From Candidatus Aminicenantales bacterium (GTDB taxonomy: Bacteria > Acidobacteriota > Aminicenantia > Aminicenantales > UBA4085): a stretch of 64,000 nt of DNA. The stretch's first letter is position 1. Every line of letters begins with the position of its first letter. The notes under the pieces were generated by a model that made no database searches, was not told where the DNA came from, and saw nothing but the letters and a program-made list of their open reading frames with translations. Positions 57,594 through 64,000 of this stretch are shown here, in pieces. The position numbers and the translations under genes are program-made. The stretch spans positions 273,467 to 337,466 of the forward strand of contig JBEKTZ010000002.1 in assembly GCA_049515535.1 (NCBI GenBank). Reading direction: 5' to 3'.

Positions 57594-59240
57594 ATGAAAT
57601 TCCTCCGCATCCTGACGAACGCGCTCATCAGCGGGCTCTTCTTTTCCCTGCTGCTTGCCATCCTTCTCGCGGACCTCAATATTAACCTCCCTTTCAAGCC
57701 GCTGATTTTGATCAAGCTCACTTTTTATCTCATGCTTACGTACGGGCTTCTCGCCGCCCTTCTCTGCCTTCTCGCGACCTACATCCATCGTTTCTTCACG
57801 ACTGTCCAGTCGCCGATGGATTTCGTATCGCCCTCGTTTCTGACCTTGAGTTTTTCGCTGTTGATCCTTCTTTTCCTCGTTGTTTTCCGCGAAAATTACG
57901 CTTACTTTTTATCTTTCTTCGGTCCCGGCCTCCAGTCCGCCCTGCGCCTCCAGATTATGGCCTTTTTCATCCTGGCCGTCGCCGGCCTCGTTCTCCATTA
58001 TCGCCATCATCATCAGAAGCCCAGGCCCCGGAACTTCACGTTCTTTTTCGCGGCCCTCGGGGTCGTCCTCATTTTCGCTTTCTGGCAGAGATCGAACTAT
58101 CCCCCTCCGCAGAAAGCCTATAAGCTGTCCACCCTCGAACCCAAAACGATCGAAAAAAAAGTGACCATCCTTTGTCTGGAAGGGATCAGCCTGGATTTTG
58201 TCCTGCGGCTGGCGAACGAACGGAAGCTCCCCAATTTCTCCTGGCTCATGGACGGAGGCTGCTGGGGAAGTCTCGAGGGATTCACGCCCAGCGATCCCTT
58301 CGTTCTCAATCAATCATTCAATACGGGCAAATGGCCGGGCAAACACCGGCTCGTCTCCGAAGCCCGATATGAGATCCCCGGGATGCGGGAGAATCTCGAA
58401 GTCGTGCCGAGATTCATCCTCTTCCGGCAATTGAGAAGGATCGGCCTTTTGAAGATCCTGCGGAACGAAGCCCCTCCGGTCACGAAGGACATTTGGAAAA
58501 TCCTCGAAGATTTCGGGGCCGGGACATTGAAAATGGACCGGCCCGCGCCGGCACCAGCCTTGGACAAGCCGAACCCGAAAGCGGACAAGTTGTTCGCCAC
58601 GTTTTTCAAGGATTTTCAGTACGAGACGTCCTGGGCCTTCAACCAGGTCAAACAAGCGTTTTTCCGCGACGCGGAGGCGGAGGAACGCGCGTTTCAATCG
58701 AGGTCGAGCGCCCAGCCCCAGCTGTTCTCGCTTCTGCTGGACGGCGCGAACATCGCCGAGATGTATTTCTATAAATACAATGTGCCCGGCGCCTTCGGCG
58801 ACATCCGCCAGGAGGAAATCCAGAAATACGGATCGGTCATCGAGAAATATTATCAATTCTACGATCAGATCGTCGGGAAGTATCTCGCTTCCCTGAAAGA
58901 GGACGAACTGTTCATCGTCTATTCGTCCTTCGGCGCCGAGCCTCTGCCCTTCTGGAAAAGGTTCGTCGAATGGATCCTGGGAAACGCCGCCGTCTCGTCC
59001 TATCATGAAGAGGCCCCGGACGGCGTCATCTTCATCAAGGGGAAAGGGATCGTCCACGGCAAGAACATCGACCAGATCCGGCTCGTGGATATCGCCCCCA
59101 CGATCCTGTATTACTTTGGTCTCCCCGTGGGGAAAGACATGGATGGGATCGTCCGCGGCTCGCTCTTCGACCGGGAATTCGCCGACGAGAATCCCATCTT
59201 CAAAATCTCGTCGTATGAGGATGTGGCCGTCAAGAAATAG
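57594..59240 (+). CDS. Membrane-anchored alkaline phosphatase/nucleotide pyrophosphatase superfamily protein
   Basis: Five N-terminal TM segments; LPNF..L...G..G.L, TGK.P.KH, DIAPTILY..G.P....MDG. Metal ligands look degenerate (LEG, SSFG). Confidence 0.7.
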   Translation: MKFLRILTNALISGLFFSLLLAILLADLNINLPFKPLILIKLTFYLMLTYGLLAALLCLLATYIHRFFTTVQSPMDFVSPSFLTLSFSLLILLFLVVFRENYAYFLSFFGPGLQSALRLQIMAFFILAVAGLVLHYRHHHQKPRPRNFTFFFAALGVVLIFAFWQRSNYPPPQKAYKLSTLEPKTIEKKVTILCLEGISLDFVLRLANERKLPNFSWLMDGGCWGSLEGFTPSDPFVLNQSFNTGKWPGKHRLVSEARYEIPGMRENLEVVPRFILFRQLRRIGLLKILRNEAPPVTKDIWKILEDFGAGTLKMDRPAPAPALDKPNPKADKLFATFFKDFQYETSWAFNQVKQAFFRDAEAEERAFQSRSSAQPQLFSLLLDGANIAEMYFYKYNVPGAFGDIRQEEIQKYGSVIEKYYQFYDQIVGKYLASLKEDELFIVYSSFGAEPLPFWKRFVEWILGNAAVSSYHEEAPDGVIFIKGKGIVHGKNIDQIRLVDIAPTILYYFGLPVGKDMDGIVRGSLFDREFADENPIFKISSYEDVAVKK

Positions 59241-59252
59241 CGGGACCGCCGC

Positions 59253-59999
59253 TCAGCGGATGATTTTGAACATCCGGCCCAGCCGGGCCTTGGTGATGAA
59301 GCTGAAAAACCGCCGCATCCTGGCCTTGATGCTGGGATCCAGGATCGTGTTCGTATCCGCATCATAGGAAAAGTAAATGACCCATGGCCGGCCTTTGACG
59401 CTGGTCAACGGGACGAGCGCCCAATAGCGGCTGTCATAGCTGTTATCCCGGTTATCTCCCATAACGAAAATATCGTCCGGCGGAACGTGGATCGGGCCGA
59501 AATTATCCCTGTAATCGACCGGCGCGTTGGCGCTGGTCCTGTAGCGGCCCTGCCGCCAATCCGCTTCGCTGAAATTCATGGCATAAATCGTGTTGCTGTC
59601 GATATGGCGCTTGTAGTTTTCATCGAGCGGCTTATCGTTGATAAAAACCTGCTTGTTGATGATTTCCAGCTTATCGCCGGGGAGGCCGATGACTCTTTTC
59701 ACGAAATCCTTGTTCGGTTCCTCGGGATATTTGAAGACGACGATGTCCTGTCGCCGGATGGCTTTCCGGGGCAGGATCTTTTCCTCGAAGGACGAGATCG
59801 TATGGGCGTAAACGAGCTTGTTGACGAGAAGAAAATCGCCGACCCGGAGCGTCGTTTCCATCGAGCCCGTGGGGATCTGGAAGGCCTGGACGACGAATGT
59901 CATGACGAAAAAAACGAAGACGGCGGTTTCCACGATGAGCTCGAAATATTCCCGGAAGACGCTCTTCTCGCGTTTCTTGCCGATCTTAGCTTCAATCAT
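59253..59999 (-). CDS. lepB: Signal peptidase I
   Basis: IPTGSM..TL..GD, FVKRVIGLPGD, MGDNRDNSYDSRYW. Confidence 0.95.
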   Translation of the reverse strand: MIEAKIGKKREKSVFREYFELIVETAVFVFFVMTFVVQAFQIPTGSMETTLRVGDFLLVNKLVYAHTISSFEEKILPRKAIRRQDIVVFKYPEEPNKDFVKRVIGLPGDKLEIINKQVFINDKPLDENYKRHIDSNTIYAMNFSEADWRQGRYRTSANAPVDYRDNFGPIHVPPDDIFVMGDNRDNSYDSRYWALVPLTSVKGRPWVIYFSYDADTNTILDPSIKARMRRFFSFITKARLGRMFKIIR

Positions 60000-60073
60000 T
60001 TGACACCTTGATAATGGCGATTAATATATCTTAAATCTTTACCAACTTCAATATTATTGCTAAAATTCGGAGC

Positions 60074-62630
<2,557 letters not shown>

Positions 62631-62661
62631 CTTCCCGCATTTTACCGGATAAGGGCTAACC

Positions 62662-64000
62662 ATGAAAAAAGGACTCAGTTGGAAAATTCCCCTCACGGCC
62701 GCCATCATCGTCATTTCCATCGCCCTGTTCTTCTTTAATAAGATCCATTTGGGCCTGGACCTGAAGGGCGGTATTCACCTGGTCATGCAGATCATGACCG
62801 ACGACGCCGTGACGATGAACACGGATCAGGAGATCCTTCGCCTGCAGGACGTCTTCAAGAAGAAATCCATCACCTTCGCCTCCATGCTGAGGGAAAGCTC
62901 CGGAAAATTCACGATCCAGGGTCTCAATGCGGACCAGGAGGGTCTGGCCAGGGACCAGATGGACCAGTATCTTCGGGAATGGGACGTCGTTTTCACCGGA
63001 GCGTCGGCGACCGCCACCATGAAGCCCGTGGCTCTTCAAACCCTGAAGGACCAGGCCGTCGATCAATCGGTCGAGACGATCCGCAACAGAATCGACATAT
63101 TCGGCGTCGCCGAACCGATCATCCAGCGCTACGGAAAAGAGCAGCTCATCGTCGAGTTGCCCGGCGTGGACAACCCGGAACATGTCCAGAGCATCATCAA
63201 GACCGCCGCCGTCCTCGAATGGAAGCTCGTCAAAGGGGGCCCGGCCCCCGATGAGGAAACGCTGCTCAAGGATTTCGGCGGCAAACTCCCCGACGATATG
63301 GAGATCGTCAAAGGCGATCCCAAGCGCGAAGGCGAAGGATTCTATCTGGTCAACAAAGTGGCCGCCGTCACCGGCAAGGATCTTCGTCTTGTCCGGAGAG
63401 GTCAGGACGAATACGGCAGCCCCGCCGTCTCCTTCCAGCTCAAACCGGACGGCGCCGCGCGCTTCGAAACCGTGACCGGAGAAAACATCGGAAAACGCCT
63501 GGCCATCATCCTCGACAAAAAGATCCAATCGGCCCCGAACATCAATGCCCGCATCTCCGACCAGGGCATTATCCAGGGCCATTTCACTGTCGAAACGGCG
63601 GACGATCTGGTGCTCGTCCTCAAAGCCGGCGCCCTTCCCGCGGGCATCAAGACCCTCGAAAACCGGACGATCGGGCCCTCGCTCGGCGCGGATTCGATCC
63701 GGGCGGGCTTTCTAGCCGCCATGATCGCCCTCGTCTCGATCATGACCTTCATGATCGTCTATTACAAGATCTCCGGCATCAACGCCATCGTCGCCCTTTT
63801 CCTCAACCAGATCCTTTTGTTCGGCAGCCTGGCGTATTTCAAGGCCACGCTGACCCTGCCCGGCATCGCCGGAATCATCCTGGGCATCGGCATGGCCGTC
63901 GATTGCAACGTGCTGGTCTTCGAGCGCATCCGCGAGGAACACGCCTTGGGCAAAAGCGTCCTGAATTCCATCTCCCTTGGCTTTTCCAGGGCGTTCCGGA
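62662..64000 (+). CDS. secD: Protein translocase subunit SecD; 3' end lies outside the window
   Basis: Manual translation: MKKGLSWK...LGLDLKGG...RNRIDIFGVAEP...IVELPGV...GPSLGADSI...TLTLPGIAG.ILGIGMAVD.NVL.FERIREE. Confidence 0.95.
   Translation, partial: MKKGLSWKIPLTAAIIVISIALFFFNKIHLGLDLKGGIHLVMQIMTDDAVTMNTDQEILRLQDVFKKKSITFASMLRESSGKFTIQGLNADQEGLARDQMDQYLREWDVVFTGASATATMKPVALQTLKDQAVDQSVETIRNRIDIFGVAEPIIQRYGKEQLIVELPGVDNPEHVQSIIKTAAVLEWKLVKGGPAPDEETLLKDFGGKLPDDMEIVKGDPKREGEGFYLVNKVAAVTGKDLRLVRRGQDEYGSPAVSFQLKPDGAARFETVTGENIGKRLAIILDKKIQSAPNINARISDQGIIQGHFTVETADDLVLVLKAGALPAGIKTLENRTIGPSLGADSIRAGFLAAMIALVSIMTFMIVYYKISGINAIVALFLNQILLFGSLAYFKATLTLPGIAGIILGIGMAVDCNVLVFERIREEHALGKSVLNSISLGFSRAFR

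Noticed and set aside
62656..63582. 308-aa minus-strand ORF
   Set aside because: Shadow of secD, which the ORF track misses because it runs off the window.

Overview
GC-rich bacterial chromosome segment with mostly core and metabolic genes. No prophage, transposase, rRNA or CRISPR array was seen. Signal peptides, lipoproteins, a beta-barrel protein and many glycoside hydrolases suggest a diderm, probably anaerobic sugar/peptide degrader; an Aminicenantes/Acidobacteriota-like lineage is only an impression. Contents: glycine cleavage operon (gcvT-gcvH-gcvPA-gcvPB), argS, a Gld-type ABC system, a MutY-Nudix fusion, an OSBS/NAAAR enzyme, a flavodiiron protein, an MFS transporter, several glycoside hydrolases, serS, three tRNAs (Ser-GCT, Ser-TGA, Arg-CCT), a large Alu-domain SRP RNA, recD2, a cystathionine gamma-synthase/aspartokinase/asd operon, lepB and ychF-tgt-yajC-secD. 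Best candidate for an undescribed system: a tightly coupled operon that appears to hold a whole cyclic-nucleotide circuit (secreted SH3 protein, M48 peptidase lipoprotein, CHASE2 adenylate cyclase, MBL-fold hydrolase, MscS channel with a cNMP-binding domain). Other notable items: a divergently transcribed pair of paralogous coiled-coil genes around a Fur-like box; an orphan TssQ-like lipoprotein next to a non-canonical cyclase; a DHH-type protein with permuted motif order; a candidate leaderless Met-rich leader peptide; and four families of structured intergenic repeats. All family assignments come from motifs read by eye; no database search was run.
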